From positions 64,001-128,000 of the forward strand of contig CAWGAA010000001.1 in the NCBI GenBank assembly GCA_963820525.1: a stretch of 64,000 bases of DNA. Reading direction: 5' to 3'. Numbering within the stretch: position 1 is the stretch's first letter; every line of letters starts with the position of its first letter. The notes under the pieces were generated by a model. The model saw only the letters and a list, made by a program, of their open reading frames with translations, had not been told where the DNA came from and ran no database searches. The stretch is from an uncultured Spirochaetota bacterium. Its GTDB lineage: Bacteria > Spirochaetota > Spirochaetia > SZUA-6 > Fen-1364. Position numbers and translations under genes: made by a program. Shown here piece after piece: positions 1-8,722 of the stretch.

Positions 1-1
1 C

Positions 2-1039
2 ATCCAGCTCACCACGGCGGCGTACCTCCACGACGTTGGCATGATGAAGGTCTCCAAGGAGATACTGGCCAAGAAGGAGACGCTGAGCCCCGAAGAGCTC
101 AATCAGATCAGGACCCACCCCATCCATTCCTATCGGATGATCTCCAAGGAGTTGAAGTATCCGGAAGAGATCGGAATCATCGCGCTGCAGCATCACGAGA
201 GATGGGATGGGCAGGGATACCCCCGGCGTCTGCACGGCGAGGACATCAACATCTCCTCGCGGGTGGTGGCGGTCGCGGATGCCTACATCGCAATGATCAA
301 CGAGCGGCCATACAGGAACTCCATCATCGGCTACAGCGCCATGAAGTCGGTCCTCAACGACAACGGGAGGCACTTCGATCCGAGGATCCTCAAGGCTTTC
401 CTGGAGAGCATGGGCATCTATCCCATCGGCAGCATCGTCCAGCTCAACAACTCGGCCATCGGACGGGTGGTCGAGATCCACGCGGAGGCCCCCTTGCGGC
501 CCGTCATCGAGCTCATCGTCGACGAATACTCCAACAGCGTGAACGAGCGGGAAGCGATCGACCTGCTGACAAAGAAAAGCCTCTTCATCGTGAAGGCGGT
601 GGACCCCAAGGTGGTCGGCTACGGGTCGGGAGCTGCAATGAAGGATATCGGGGCCATGACGGGAAAGCCGGTTTCCAGCAGGGGCAGGGGTGAGGAAGGC
701 GAGAGGAGCGCGGCGCTCTACTTGAGCGGCCGCGGCTACAAGCTTCTCGCGACGAACTTCCGGTCCCGTTTCGGCGAGATCGATATCATCGCGGAGAAGG
801 ACGATACGGTCGCGTTCGTCGAGGTGAAGTCATGGAAGGCCCTCGGTGAGGCTGATCTGGAGTTCTCGATCGGGCGGACAAAACAGAGGCGGATCGTGGG
901 CACGGCGCGGCTGTTTCTTTCCCGGCAGCCCCAGTTGACGGGGAAGCGGCTGCGCTTCGACGTGATCTTTCTTGGAGGAAGGGACTCCCGCAGTGGAGTC
1001 AGGCATATCGAGAACGCTTTCGGTGGAGCGGTACAGTAG
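2..1039 (+). CDS. HD-GYP domain phosphodiesterase (5' truncated by window edge), read in frame into a YraN domain
   Basis: Frame open from position 2: AAYLHDVG...HPIHSY...[11 protein letters not shown]...VADAY..M...RPYR. No stop before the YraN part; TAG at 1037-1039. Confidence 0.85.
   Translation: MQLTTAAYLHDVGMMKVSKEILAKKETLSPEELNQIRTHPIHSYRMISKELKYPEEIGIIALQHHERWDGQGYPRRLHGEDINISSRVVAVADAYIAMINERPYRNSIIGYSAMKSVLNDNGRHFDPRILKAFLESMGIYPIGSIVQLNNSAIGRVVEIHAEAPLRPVIELIVDEYSNSVNEREAIDLLTKKSLFIVKAVDPKVVGYGSGAAMKDIGAMTGKPVSSRGRGEEGERSAALYLSGRGYKLLATNFRSRFGEIDIIAEKDDTVAFVEVKSWKALGEADLEFSIGRTKQRRIVGTARLFLSRQPQLTGKRLRFDVIFLGGRDSRSGVRHIENAFGGAVQ
638..1039 (+). CDS. yraN: YraN family (UPF0102) PD-(D/E)xK-like nuclease-fold protein; probable own start inside the fused ORF
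   Basis: [28 protein letters not shown]....VAFVEVK...RFDV motifs; GGGAG just upstream of ATG 638. Confidence 0.8.
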   Translation: MKDIGAMTGKPVSSRGRGEEGERSAALYLSGRGYKLLATNFRSRFGEIDIIAEKDDTVAFVEVKSWKALGEADLEFSIGRTKQRRIVGTARLFLSRQPQLTGKRLRFDVIFLGGRDSRSGVRHIENAFGGAVQ

Positions 1040-1176
1040 TGGTGCGCATAGCGAAGAAGACTGATCCGAAGAAAATCGCGGAGCTCAAGAAGAAGATCCA
1101 CGACGAAGAGTACCTCTTGCAGGCCATCCAGAAAATCGCTCAAGATCTCACCAGGAGCATCGAGCAGGGGGTGTAA
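1039..1176 (+). CDS. Small 45-aa basic/helical protein, absent from the ORF track
   Basis: GTG overlaps the previous stop (TAGTG); MVRIAKKTDPKKIAELKKKIHDEEYLLQAIQKIAQDLTRSIEQGV-TAA; fills the gap exactly, host-like codon use. Confidence 0.7.
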   Translation: MVRIAKKTDPKKIAELKKKIHDEEYLLQAIQKIAQDLTRSIEQGV

Positions 1177-1179
1177 GGG

Positions 1180-1554
1180 ATGAGTTCGCGAAACTTCAGG
1201 CGGAGGGGCCACAGGAGGAGGCACAAGCCCGACGGTGAGGCCCCGGCTCAAGTCGAGCAGCTTCAGAGCTTCCCGCAGTGCCCGGTCTGCAGCAAGCCGG
1301 TGCGGGATCTGCAATCCGCTCTTTCACACCAGTCCACCGGGACTCCCGCGCATTTCGACTGCGTGCTCAAGGAGCTTCGTGACATGAACGAGGTCCTTCC
1401 CCAGGAGAAGATCTGTTACCTGGGGGGCGGGACCTTCGGGATTCTGCAATTCCGCGCTTCGGGAAGCAACAAATTCACAATAAAAAAGAAAATCCCCTAC
1501 GAGGACAAGGAAACTCCCCACGAATGGAAGAGGGCGCTTCTCATTTCAAGCTGA
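1180..1554 (+). CDS. Hypothetical protein with putative Zn finger (CxxC...HxxC)
   Basis: CPVC...AHFDC; basic N-terminus; starts 3 nt after the previous stop. Confidence 0.75.
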   Translation: MSSRNFRRRGHRRRHKPDGEAPAQVEQLQSFPQCPVCSKPVRDLQSALSHQSTGTPAHFDCVLKELRDMNEVLPQEKICYLGGGTFGILQFRASGSNKFTIKKKIPYEDKETPHEWKRALLISS

Positions 1555-1576
1555 TCCGTTAATCGTAGAAAAACGC

Positions 1577-1660
1577 TTGCAACCTCCCTGCGCATAATAG
1601 TATAGTGACAATAATTTTATGAAAGACATACAATCCTGATTGTTTACAATAAAAGGAGAA
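1577..1660 (+). promoter_or_regulatory. AT-rich promoter/operator region of the PadR gene
   Basis: TTGCAA(1577)-N18-TATAGT(1601); inverted repeats ACAATC-CT-GATTGT (1630-1643) and ATTGT-TT-ACAAT (1639-1650); SD AAGGAG. Confidence 0.55.
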
Positions 1661-1664
1661 TAGT

Positions 1665-2195
1665 ATGTCACTGAAATATGCCCTGCTTGGGCTCCTGGCG
1701 GAAAGCCCGAAGTACGGGTATGAAATAAAAAGGCGTTTCGAAGGCGCGCTCGGCAATGTCTGGTCGGTTTCCTACGGGCAGCTCTATCCGACCCTGAGAC
1801 GTCTCTCCGAGCAGGGATGGGTAACCAAGAAGACAGAGCCGGGCAAGAAGGCGGCGGAAAAGAACATCTACTCCATCATGGAGAAGGGTCGCAAAAAGCT
1901 CGATGAATGGCTCTTGAAGCCACTGAGAAACACGTACAAGGTGAAGGACGAGTTCACGCTGCGGTTCCTCTTTTTCAGCAAGCTCCCCCGCGATACCGTG
2001 CTGGAATACCTGAAAGTTCAGCAGAAGAAAACGGTCCTCCAGCGGGAGAGCTACCAGCGAACCCTCATATCGCTGCGTGACGATCTCGATTACTACCTGC
2101 AGGCAATCATCCGCAAGGGCATCATCCACCTCGAGGCCGAGAACCAGTGGATGGAAGAGGTGATCAACGACATCAGAAGCGGCGAGGCAGGCTGA
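1665..2195 (+). CDS. PadR family transcriptional regulator (AphA/PadR-s1 type with C-terminal dimerisation helices)
   Basis: LKYALLGLL..P.YGYEIK......W.VSYGQLYPTLRRL...GW; KNIYSI..KGR..L.EWL. Confidence 0.93.
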   Translation: MSLKYALLGLLAESPKYGYEIKRRFEGALGNVWSVSYGQLYPTLRRLSEQGWVTKKTEPGKKAAEKNIYSIMEKGRKKLDEWLLKPLRNTYKVKDEFTLRFLFFSKLPRDTVLEYLKVQQKKTVLQRESYQRTLISLRDDLDYYLQAIIRKGIIHLEAENQWMEEVINDIRSGEAG

Positions 2196-2219
2196 AGCCC
2201 CCGAAATGCCGGGGCGCCG

Positions 2220-2942
2220 TCACTTGCCCTGCTGCTTCATCGTATCCAAGACCTGAAAGGCTTTTGCCTTCACAATTTTCAGGTAATTCCCCTGGGCGAT
2301 CTTGACCAGCGCACGGTACGCAGCCGGGTCCGTGACGCCCCCCGTCTTTTTGCCGATCTTTTCGAGGGCCAGGGAAACGGCCATCGCGAAATTATTGTCG
2401 GGCTGTGTCGGATCCTCGCGGTCGATGGCGAAGGCCAGGGCCTCCACGGCTTCGTTTTTTTCGTTCAACCCGATTGTCCCCAGACCGTACGCGGCCTCCG
2501 CCTTCACCATGGGTTCGCTGTCGCCCAGGAGCACCGTGATGAGGGCATTCACCGATTGTTGTCCTCCCAGGCGTCCCAGCATGCCCGCCGCCCTGCGCCG
2601 CACTTCGGGGAAGTTGTTGACCTGCCTGCGGTCTTCCTTGACGGTGCGCAGCGATCCTTCCATGGAAAGGTACTCCAGCACGAACTCGACCCGGGCCGTG
2701 TTGTCGCCCACCGTGCGGTCATTGATCATCTTCTCCAGATCGTCGAGTGCGCTCATCTTCACGTCGTAGTCTTCGGAGAAGGCCTTCTCACGGAGAATCT
2801 GGAACTGAACGCTCTTGAGAAAGAGCTCCTCGATCGTGAGCTCCTTCGAGCCCCCCTTGGCGTCCTGGCCGAAGGCGGCCGGGGAGGCGAGGAGGGCGAG
2901 CAGAACCACGATAACGGTTGCCAATACGTGCGCTTTTCTCAT
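2220..2942 (-). CDS. Secreted HEAT-repeat protein
   Basis: Signal peptide MRKAHVLATVIVVLLALLASPAAFG; repeats VRRRAAGMLGRLG, VKAEAAYGLGTIG; SD GGGAG before ATG 2942. Confidence 0.8.
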   Translation of the reverse strand: MRKAHVLATVIVVLLALLASPAAFGQDAKGGSKELTIEELFLKSVQFQILREKAFSEDYDVKMSALDDLEKMINDRTVGDNTARVEFVLEYLSMEGSLRTVKEDRRQVNNFPEVRRRAAGMLGRLGGQQSVNALITVLLGDSEPMVKAEAAYGLGTIGLNEKNEAVEALAFAIDREDPTQPDNNFAMAVSLALEKIGKKTGGVTDPAAYRALVKIAQGNYLKIVKAKAFQVLDTMKQQGK

Positions 2943-2976
2943 ACAACACTCCCATTCATGCATAGGATCGCTCGGA

Positions 2977-3492
2977 TCACCAGATTCCAATCATCCAATC
3001 GGCATCCACCCGAACCAGAAGGTAGAGGATGGCGGGATTGCCGTTTATAATGGTTATCGCCTTGACATGGGTCTCATCGATGAAGCTGATGTCGTGAAGG
3101 GTGGCCTGCACGCGGCTCGGCACGACAACGGCCAGGAAATAGTCCTTCAGGCTGGTGAGCGTGACGTGGTCCTTCTGGAGCATGGGGCTCATGGATGCCT
3201 CATGAAGAAACTCGGGGCTGCTCGTCTTGGCGATATAGTCGGGCGAGAGGTGGCGGACCCACTCATCGAAATCCTTCGCCTGGATGATTTCGTTGAGCAT
3301 GGTGACGAGCTCTTCGATTTCGGAAAACGTCTGCTTGTAGAGATCTTCCGTGACCACGAACTGAGGCGCGCCCTGATCTTCTTCAGCGGGCTGGGAAAAC
3401 CCCTTGTTCGTTCCGCGATCGGAAAGCGAGGCGCAGGAGAGCAGGATGGCCGCCGACAACAGGATGGAAGAATGCTTCCCGCTCACTCTCAT
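2977..3492 (-). CDS. Hypothetical lipoprotein
   Basis: Spirochete-type lipobox ILLSC; overlaps no other credible gene; consensus promoter directly upstream. Confidence 0.7.
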   Translation of the reverse strand: MRVSGKHSSILLSAAILLSCASLSDRGTNKGFSQPAEEDQGAPQFVVTEDLYKQTFSEIEELVTMLNEIIQAKDFDEWVRHLSPDYIAKTSSPEFLHEASMSPMLQKDHVTLTSLKDYFLAVVVPSRVQATLHDISFIDETHVKAITIINGNPAILYLLVRVDADWMIGIW

Positions 3493-3500
3493 TGATAACG

Positions 3501-3529
3501 ATTCTATCTCCCGCTCACCCCTTTGTCAA
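3501..3529 (-). promoter_or_regulatory. Sigma70 promoter, near-leaderless, for the lipoprotein/HEAT genes
   Basis: Minus strand TTGACA-N17-TAGAAT-N8-ATG. Confidence 0.75.
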
Positions 3530-3554
3530 AGACTTTTCAGGACGGGACGGGCCC

Positions 3555-3583
3555 TTGATGCTGCAAAGATCGATAGGTATTCT
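3555..3583 (+). promoter_or_regulatory. Sigma70 promoter, leaderless, for coaD
   Basis: TTGATG-N17-TATTCT-N7-ATG(3591); no SD. Confidence 0.6.
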
Positions 3584-3590
3584 TCCTTTC

Positions 3591-4109
3591 ATGTTCAAGG
3601 TGATTCTCCCCGGCACCTTTGATCCCCCCACCAACGGACATCTCAATATCCTCCACAGGGCATCGCGGCTGTTCGACGCCGTGGAGGTGGTGATCGCGGC
3701 CAACCCGGGCAAGGCGCAGCTCTTCAGCCCGGATGAGCGCTTTCAGATGATGAAAGCCCTCGCCCAGGGCCTGCCGAACATCCACGTGAGCATCTGGGAC
3801 GGCCTGATCGTCGATTTTGCCGACAGGGTGGGGGTCCACACAATCCTGCGCGGAGTCCGGGCACTGGCCGATTTCGATTACGAGTTCGAGCTTTCCCTCA
3901 TGAACAAGTCCCTGAACCCCAAAATAGAGACCATCTTCATGCCGACGGATCAGAAATATTCGATATTAAGGTCTTCCGTGATCAAGGATGTGGCACGTTT
4001 CGGAGGCGATGTGGCGGGAATGGTGCCGCCCGTCGTGGCCAGGGCGCTGCGGGTGAAGCTGGGAGCGCCCATTGCAGGGCAGGAAGGAACGGGAAGCGAA
4101 ACGCCTTGA
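3591..4109 (+). CDS. coaD: Pantetheine-phosphate adenylyltransferase
   Basis: PGTFDPPTNGH, ILRGVRA..DFDYE, LRSSVIK. Confidence 0.96.
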   Translation: MFKVILPGTFDPPTNGHLNILHRASRLFDAVEVVIAANPGKAQLFSPDERFQMMKALAQGLPNIHVSIWDGLIVDFADRVGVHTILRGVRALADFDYEFELSLMNKSLNPKIETIFMPTDQKYSILRSSVIKDVARFGGDVAGMVPPVVARALRVKLGAPIAGQEGTGSETP

Positions 4110-4134
4110 CATTCCGCCCTCTATAGTGTAGTTT
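4106..4134 (+). promoter_or_regulatory. Putative sigma70 promoter for rpmF-acpP-rnc
   Basis: TTGACA-N17-TAGTTT. Confidence 0.55.
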
Positions 4135-4176
4135 TGCCTGACTTTACCGATACAATCCACTTTGAGGTGATTTCGT

Positions 4177-4365
4177 ATGGCTTTGCCGAAAAGGAGAATC
4201 TCCCGTGCGAGAGGACGCCAGAGACGTGCCGTGAATATGCGGCTCGCCGTTCCAACGCTCGTGGAGTGCAGCAATTGCGGAAACCGCGTCATGCCCCACC
4301 GTGTGTGCCCGAAGTGCGGTTTCTACCGGGGCAAGCAGATCCTCAAGCCCGAGGAGATGCCCTGA
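4177..4365 (+). CDS. rpmF: 50S ribosomal protein L32
   Basis: MALPKRRISRAR...CSNCG...PHRVCPKCGFYRG; SD GAGGTG. Confidence 0.97.
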   Translation: MALPKRRISRARGRQRRAVNMRLAVPTLVECSNCGNRVMPHRVCPKCGFYRGKQILKPEEMP

Positions 4366-4436
4366 AGCGTAGTTTGGAATCGTCCGGATGAATTTCATTC
4401 ATCTTTTTTGAAACTATTTCCAGGAGGTTGAGCTGT

Positions 4437-4676
4437 ATGGACGAATTATTCGAAAAAATGAAGAAACTCATTGCCGACAGGCTCGAAATCGACGAATCAA
4501 AGATCACTCTCGATTCCTCGTTCCGGCAGGACCTCGGAGCCGACAGCCTCGACACCTACGAGCTCGTCTACGCCATCGAAGAGGAGCTGGGCATCAGCAT
4601 CCCCGACGAGAAGGCGAACGAGTTCGAGACGGTCAAGGACGCTCTCGAGTACATCCGCTCCCAGCTGAAGAAATAG
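4437..4676 (+). CDS. acpP: Acyl carrier protein
   Basis: DLGADSLD phosphopantetheine site; SD AGGAGG. Confidence 0.97.
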   Translation: MDELFEKMKKLIADRLEIDESKITLDSSFRQDLGADSLDTYELVYAIEEELGISIPDEKANEFETVKDALEYIRSQLKK

Positions 4677-4683
4677 GAAGGAT

Positions 4684-5454
4684 TTGTTCAAGAAACCGAA
4701 GCGCCTAACCCTGTCGCTTCCCCAGGAAAGAAAGAAAGAGCTCCAGCTCTTTGAGCGGCACGCCGGAATACGGTTCAGGGAGCTGGAGTCTCTCAATCAG
4801 GCATTCACGCACAGGTCCTACGCGAACGAGCTCTCGGATACTGCCGTGAACAACGAGCGGCTGGAGTTTCTCGGCGACTCCGTGCTGGGAATGGTGGTGA
4901 GCGAGTACCTCTACCAGACGCTCCCCGACCAGCCGGAGGGAGAGCTTGCGCGGATCAAGAGCTTCGTGGTGAGCGAGGCGAGCCTGTCCGAGATCTCCAA
5001 GCGTCTGCGCGTCGACAACTTCATCCTCATCGGCAAGGGCGAGGAATACTCGGGGGGAAGATCCAAGAAGGCCATCCTGGCGGACGCCCTGGAGGCCATC
5101 ATCGGGGCGTACTACCTGGATTCAGGATTTCTTCCTGCGCGCGCGTTCGTTCACCTGATCCTCATCCCCGAGATCAACAAGGTGCTGGAGAACCGCCACG
5201 CCAAGGACTACAAGACCCTCCTCCAAGAGCTCGTTCAAAAGCGGATGAGGACGTATCCCCGGTACAAGGTGGTTCAGAAAACGGGCCCCGACCACGATCG
5301 GACGTTCATGATCGAGGTCCACATCGCCGAGCGCTCCTACGGTCCCGGGCGGGGCAAGAACAAGAAGGAAGCGGAGCAGGACGCGGCGCGAATCGCCTAC
5401 CTCGCCCTCCAGGAGCGGGAGAAACCCCCCGCTTCAAAGGGACAATCCTCGTAA
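4684..5454 (+). CDS. rnc: Ribonuclease III
   Basis: NERLEFLGDSVL, ADALEAIIGA, dsRBD DYKTLLQE...G.G.NKKEAEQ.AA; TTG start. Confidence 0.97.
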   Translation: MFKKPKRLTLSLPQERKKELQLFERHAGIRFRELESLNQAFTHRSYANELSDTAVNNERLEFLGDSVLGMVVSEYLYQTLPDQPEGELARIKSFVVSEASLSEISKRLRVDNFILIGKGEEYSGGRSKKAILADALEAIIGAYYLDSGFLPARAFVHLILIPEINKVLENRHAKDYKTLLQELVQKRMRTYPRYKVVQKTGPDHDRTFMIEVHIAERSYGPGRGKNKKEAEQDAARIAYLALQEREKPPASKGQSS

Positions 5455-5479
5455 GCGTGCGGCCGGTAAATCGGCATTC

Positions 5480-6844
5480 TCAGGTTCCCGGAGACACCCT
5501 TTCCCTGTAGATCCTCTCGGCGATCTGGAGCAGCTTCTCCTTTTCGTTGAGGGCCGGGTCCTCCAGGACAGCCGCAAGCAGCTCGGAAAGCACGGTGCCG
5601 ACCGCGGGTCCCGCGGGGATGCCCAGCCGCTCCATGATGTCCCGCCCGTTAGCGGCGAGCTGCTTCACCGTGAAAGCCCGTTCACCCTCCATCACGGAGC
5701 GCACGCGCCCCGCGAAGATGGAGAGGCCCTCCGGAAACATCTCAGCGTTCTCCCTGCACATGCCGATCTGGTCGGCCCTGCGCAGCAGGATGAGATCGTC
5801 GACGTTCTCCTCGCCCACCCGGGCGACAAGCCTCCGCACCGCCGCGTCGCTCCATTCCTCCTGGTAGTTGAACATGTGGTGGAGGACGAGGTGCGAGACG
5901 GACTTGATCGTGAGGTTGGGGAACCTGAGCCTGCGAAGGATCTCCTCGGTCATCTCGCTTCCCAGCCGCTCGTGTGAATAGAAGACGATACGGCCGCTTT
6001 CATCCATGCGGCGGCACCTCGGCTTGCCGACGTCGTGGAGCAGCGCCGCCAGCCTGACTGAGGTGTTCCCCACCGGCGCGGCGTCACAGGTGTAGAGGGA
6101 GTGGGTCAGCACGTCATAACAGTGAAGGTCTCCCTGTGCCACCCCGGCCCCTTCGACAAGCTCGGGCAGGATCAGGGCGAGAAGGCCCGTTTCCAGCATG
6201 AGAAGGAACCCCACCGACGGGGTGGGCGACTCGAGGATCTTCACGATCTCGTCGCGCACCCTCTCCCGCGACACGCCGGCTGTCACGTCGAGGGCCTTGC
6301 CGATGGCCTGTCTGGTGGATTCATCGATCACGAAGGAGAATTGGGAGGCGAAGCGGCAGGCACGAAGGGGCCGAAGCCCATCCTCGCGGAAGCGATCCAG
6401 AGGATCGCCAATGGCGCGGATGATGCCCCGCTTGAGGTCGGCGCGGCCGTCGTGGGGATCGTGAATGAGCCCCGTATAAAGGTCGTAGGCGATCGCGTTG
6501 ATCGTGAAGTCCCTCCGGGAGAGATCTTCAAAGATCGAGGGAGCGAAAGTGACGCTGTCGGGTCTCCTTCCGTCGCTGTAGCCCGACTCGATGCGAAATG
6601 TGGTCACCTCGAAGCGCGTGTCCTGGTAGAGCACCGTGACGGTCCCGTGCTTGATGCCCGTGGGAATGACGCGGCGGAACATCGCCGTCACCTGGTCCGG
6701 CTTGGCGTCGGTAGCGATGTCCCAGTCCGCGTGAATCCTCCCCATGAGCAGGTCGCGCACGGCACCGCCTACCAGAAAGCACTGGAATCCATTGGACTTG
6801 AACATCGAAGCGAAGCTCTTTACGGATCGAGGAATGCGCAGCAC
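5480..6844 (-). CDS. cca: CCA tRNA nucleotidyltransferase / poly(A) polymerase family with HD domain
   Basis: LVGGAVRD...DWDIATDA, EVTTFR, DLSRRDFTINA, RFREDGLR.LR, ALLHDVGK. Start placed at GTG 6844, 7 nt after a TACTGT -10; start uncertain. Confidence 0.9.
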   Translation of the reverse strand: MLRIPRSVKSFASMFKSNGFQCFLVGGAVRDLLMGRIHADWDIATDAKPDQVTAMFRRVIPTGIKHGTVTVLYQDTRFEVTTFRIESGYSDGRRPDSVTFAPSIFEDLSRRDFTINAIAYDLYTGLIHDPHDGRADLKRGIIRAIGDPLDRFREDGLRPLRACRFASQFSFVIDESTRQAIGKALDVTAGVSRERVRDEIVKILESPTPSVGFLLMLETGLLALILPELVEGAGVAQGDLHCYDVLTHSLYTCDAAPVGNTSVRLAALLHDVGKPRCRRMDESGRIVFYSHERLGSEMTEEILRRLRFPNLTIKSVSHLVLHHMFNYQEEWSDAAVRRLVARVGEENVDDLILLRRADQIGMCRENAEMFPEGLSIFAGRVRSVMEGERAFTVKQLAANGRDIMERLGIPAGPAVGTVLSELLAAVLEDPALNEKEKLLQIAERIYRERVSPGT

Positions 6845-6960
6845 TGGAAACACAGTAAACAGGCACCCGCCGGCTTTATCAAGAGGGGCTCGCGTGCGGC
6901 GCAGCCGCTCGCGCAAGGGGCCCGGGGCGGCAGCGCGGCAGGGAGCGCCGACAGCCGGGA

Positions 6961-7833
6961 TTACCTGAAGAGCTGCAGGACCGACTGGGGCATCGTGTTC
7001 GCCTGGGCCAGCATGGCTGTGGCGGATTGGACCAGGATCTGGTCCTTCACGAATTCGACCATCCCCTCGGCCATATCCTCGTCTCTGATGAGGGATTCCG
7101 CGGCCTGGAGGTTTTCAGCGCCGACCGCGAGGCCTTTCATCGTGTACTCCAACCGGTTCTGATAGGCGCCGAGGTCGGCACGCTGCTTGTTCACGATCTT
7201 CAGAGCGCTGTCGATGAAGCCGATGGCGATGTTAGCCTTGTCGGGCGAGGAGATCGAGATGAAGGTCGCGGTGCTGGTGAGGCCGTTGGCGCTCTGGATC
7301 CCGAGGCCCTGGGCCGTCATCGTGCCGATGAAGACCCTCTCCCGCTGATCCATGTTGGCGCCGATCTGGAACCACATGCTGGCGGTAATGAGGTTCTCTC
7401 CCGTGGAGCGCGCGAACCGCCCCGTAAGCATGTTCATCCCATTGAATTGGGCATGGGAAGCGATGCGGTTGACCTCGTCCACGAGCTGCGAGATCTCCAC
7501 CTGGATCTGCATTCGATCCTCGGTTGAATAAACGCCGTTGGCCGCCTCGACGGCGAGCTCGCGCATGCGCTGGAGGATGTCCTCGCTCTCCTGGAGGTAG
7601 CCCTCCGTGGTCTGGATGAAGGAAATCCCGTTCTGGGCGTTGGTCTCCGCCATCTTCAACCCGCGGATCTGCGAGCGCATTTTCTCCGAAACGGCGAGAC
7701 CGGAGGCGTCGTCTCCGGCGCGGGTGATCCTCTGGCCCGAGGAGAGCTTGTCCATGGCCTTGTCCGCCTCGAGGTTGTTGAACTTCAGCTGCCGCTCCGC
7801 GAAAATCGCGCTCATATTGTGGTTGATGATCAT
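6961..7833 (-). CDS. flaB: Flagellin, periplasmic flagellar core protein FlaB type
   Basis: [58 protein letters not shown]. Confidence 0.97.
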   Translation of the reverse strand: MIINHNMSAIFAERQLKFNNLEADKAMDKLSSGQRITRAGDDASGLAVSEKMRSQIRGLKMAETNAQNGISFIQTTEGYLQESEDILQRMRELAVEAANGVYSTEDRMQIQVEISQLVDEVNRIASHAQFNGMNMLTGRFARSTGENLITASMWFQIGANMDQRERVFIGTMTAQGLGIQSANGLTSTATFISISSPDKANIAIGFIDSALKIVNKQRADLGAYQNRLEYTMKGLAVGAENLQAAESLIRDEDMAEGMVEFVKDQILVQSATAMLAQANTMPQSVLQLFR

Positions 7834-8030
7834 TGAAACCTCCTCGACCGCAAGCCCTGGACTCCTCTCCCGGGACGGTGGCCGCCCTCCGGCGTGCACG
7901 GCGGGATGCTCGAAGCATCCCTTCCATAATCGTCGGACGATTTGAAAAGTCCTAAAGAGAAATCAGGATCCGCGCCGATCGCGCGCACGGCGCCGCGCTC
8001 CCCGCCTGCGCGATGCGCGGCGAAGGGCAG

Positions 8031-8059
8031 TTGCAAGAATGAGCCAAAGTCATTACTGT
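8031..8059 (+). promoter_or_regulatory. Putative sigma70 promoter for thiN operon
   Basis: TTGCAA-N17-TACTGT. Confidence 0.55.
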
Positions 8060-8077
8060 TTTGGCCACGGGAGGAGC

Positions 8078-8722
8078 ATGAGGCCCGTGAAGGGACTTCT
8101 CATCATCGGAGGCGAAGGCCCTGATGCAGGGCTCTTCGAGGAATGTCGCCAGGGGGCGAGTATCGTGGTGGCCGCGGATTCCGGCCTGGAGAGCGCGCTC
8201 GCGCTGGGTGTCGAGCCGGACCTCGTCGTCGGCGACATGGATTCGCTCCGTGACAGGACTCTCCTCTCCCGTTTTCCGCCGGAGCGCAGGATGATCTACT
8301 CCGTGGACAAGGACGAGACCGATACCGAGATAGGGCTTGGCGTTCTCCAGCAGAAGGGGTGCGACGAGGTGATCATCGCCGGCGGGGGCGGCGGCAGGAT
8401 CGATCATCTGCTGGGGATCCTCATGCTCTTCGAGCGGGCGAATCCTCCCCGCAGGTGGATTACGGAAAAGGAGGATATCCGCCTGGTGGAAGGGGTGGAG
8501 GAGCTCATCGGCTGCCGGGGCAGCATCGTCTCTCTCTTTCCCCTCGGAGAAAGCGCCACCGACATGGCCTCTGAAGGCTTGAAATGGCCGCTTCAGGGGC
8601 TTACTTTCCGCCGCGGCCGCGGGGGAATCAGCAATGTCGTCACGGCAGACGCGGCCTGGATCCGCATCGGGCGGGGGCGGCTTCTGCTGGTGAGATCAGA
8701 GAGCGAGGCCGGCGCATGCTAG
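8078..8722 (+). CDS. thiN: Thiamine diphosphokinase
   Basis: VAADSG, PDLVVGDMDS, KDETDTE, GGRIDH, GLKWPL, GISN. Confidence 0.92.
   Translation: MRPVKGLLIIGGEGPDAGLFEECRQGASIVVAADSGLESALALGVEPDLVVGDMDSLRDRTLLSRFPPERRMIYSVDKDETDTEIGLGVLQQKGCDEVIIAGGGGGRIDHLLGILMLFERANPPRRWITEKEDIRLVEGVEELIGCRGSIVSLFPLGESATDMASEGLKWPLQGLTFRRGRGGISNVVTADAAWIRIGRGRLLLVRSESEAGAC

Noticed and set aside
4387..4409. Hairpin GATGAAT-TTC-ATTCATC plus T6 between rpmF and acpP
   Set aside because: The stem is AU-rich and weak; it cannot be supported as a terminator without data.
7953..7981. Plus-strand TAAA...GCCGAT sigma28-like promoter
   Set aside because: Spacer is 17 rather than about 15, it points away from flaB, and thiN has a better sigma70 candidate.
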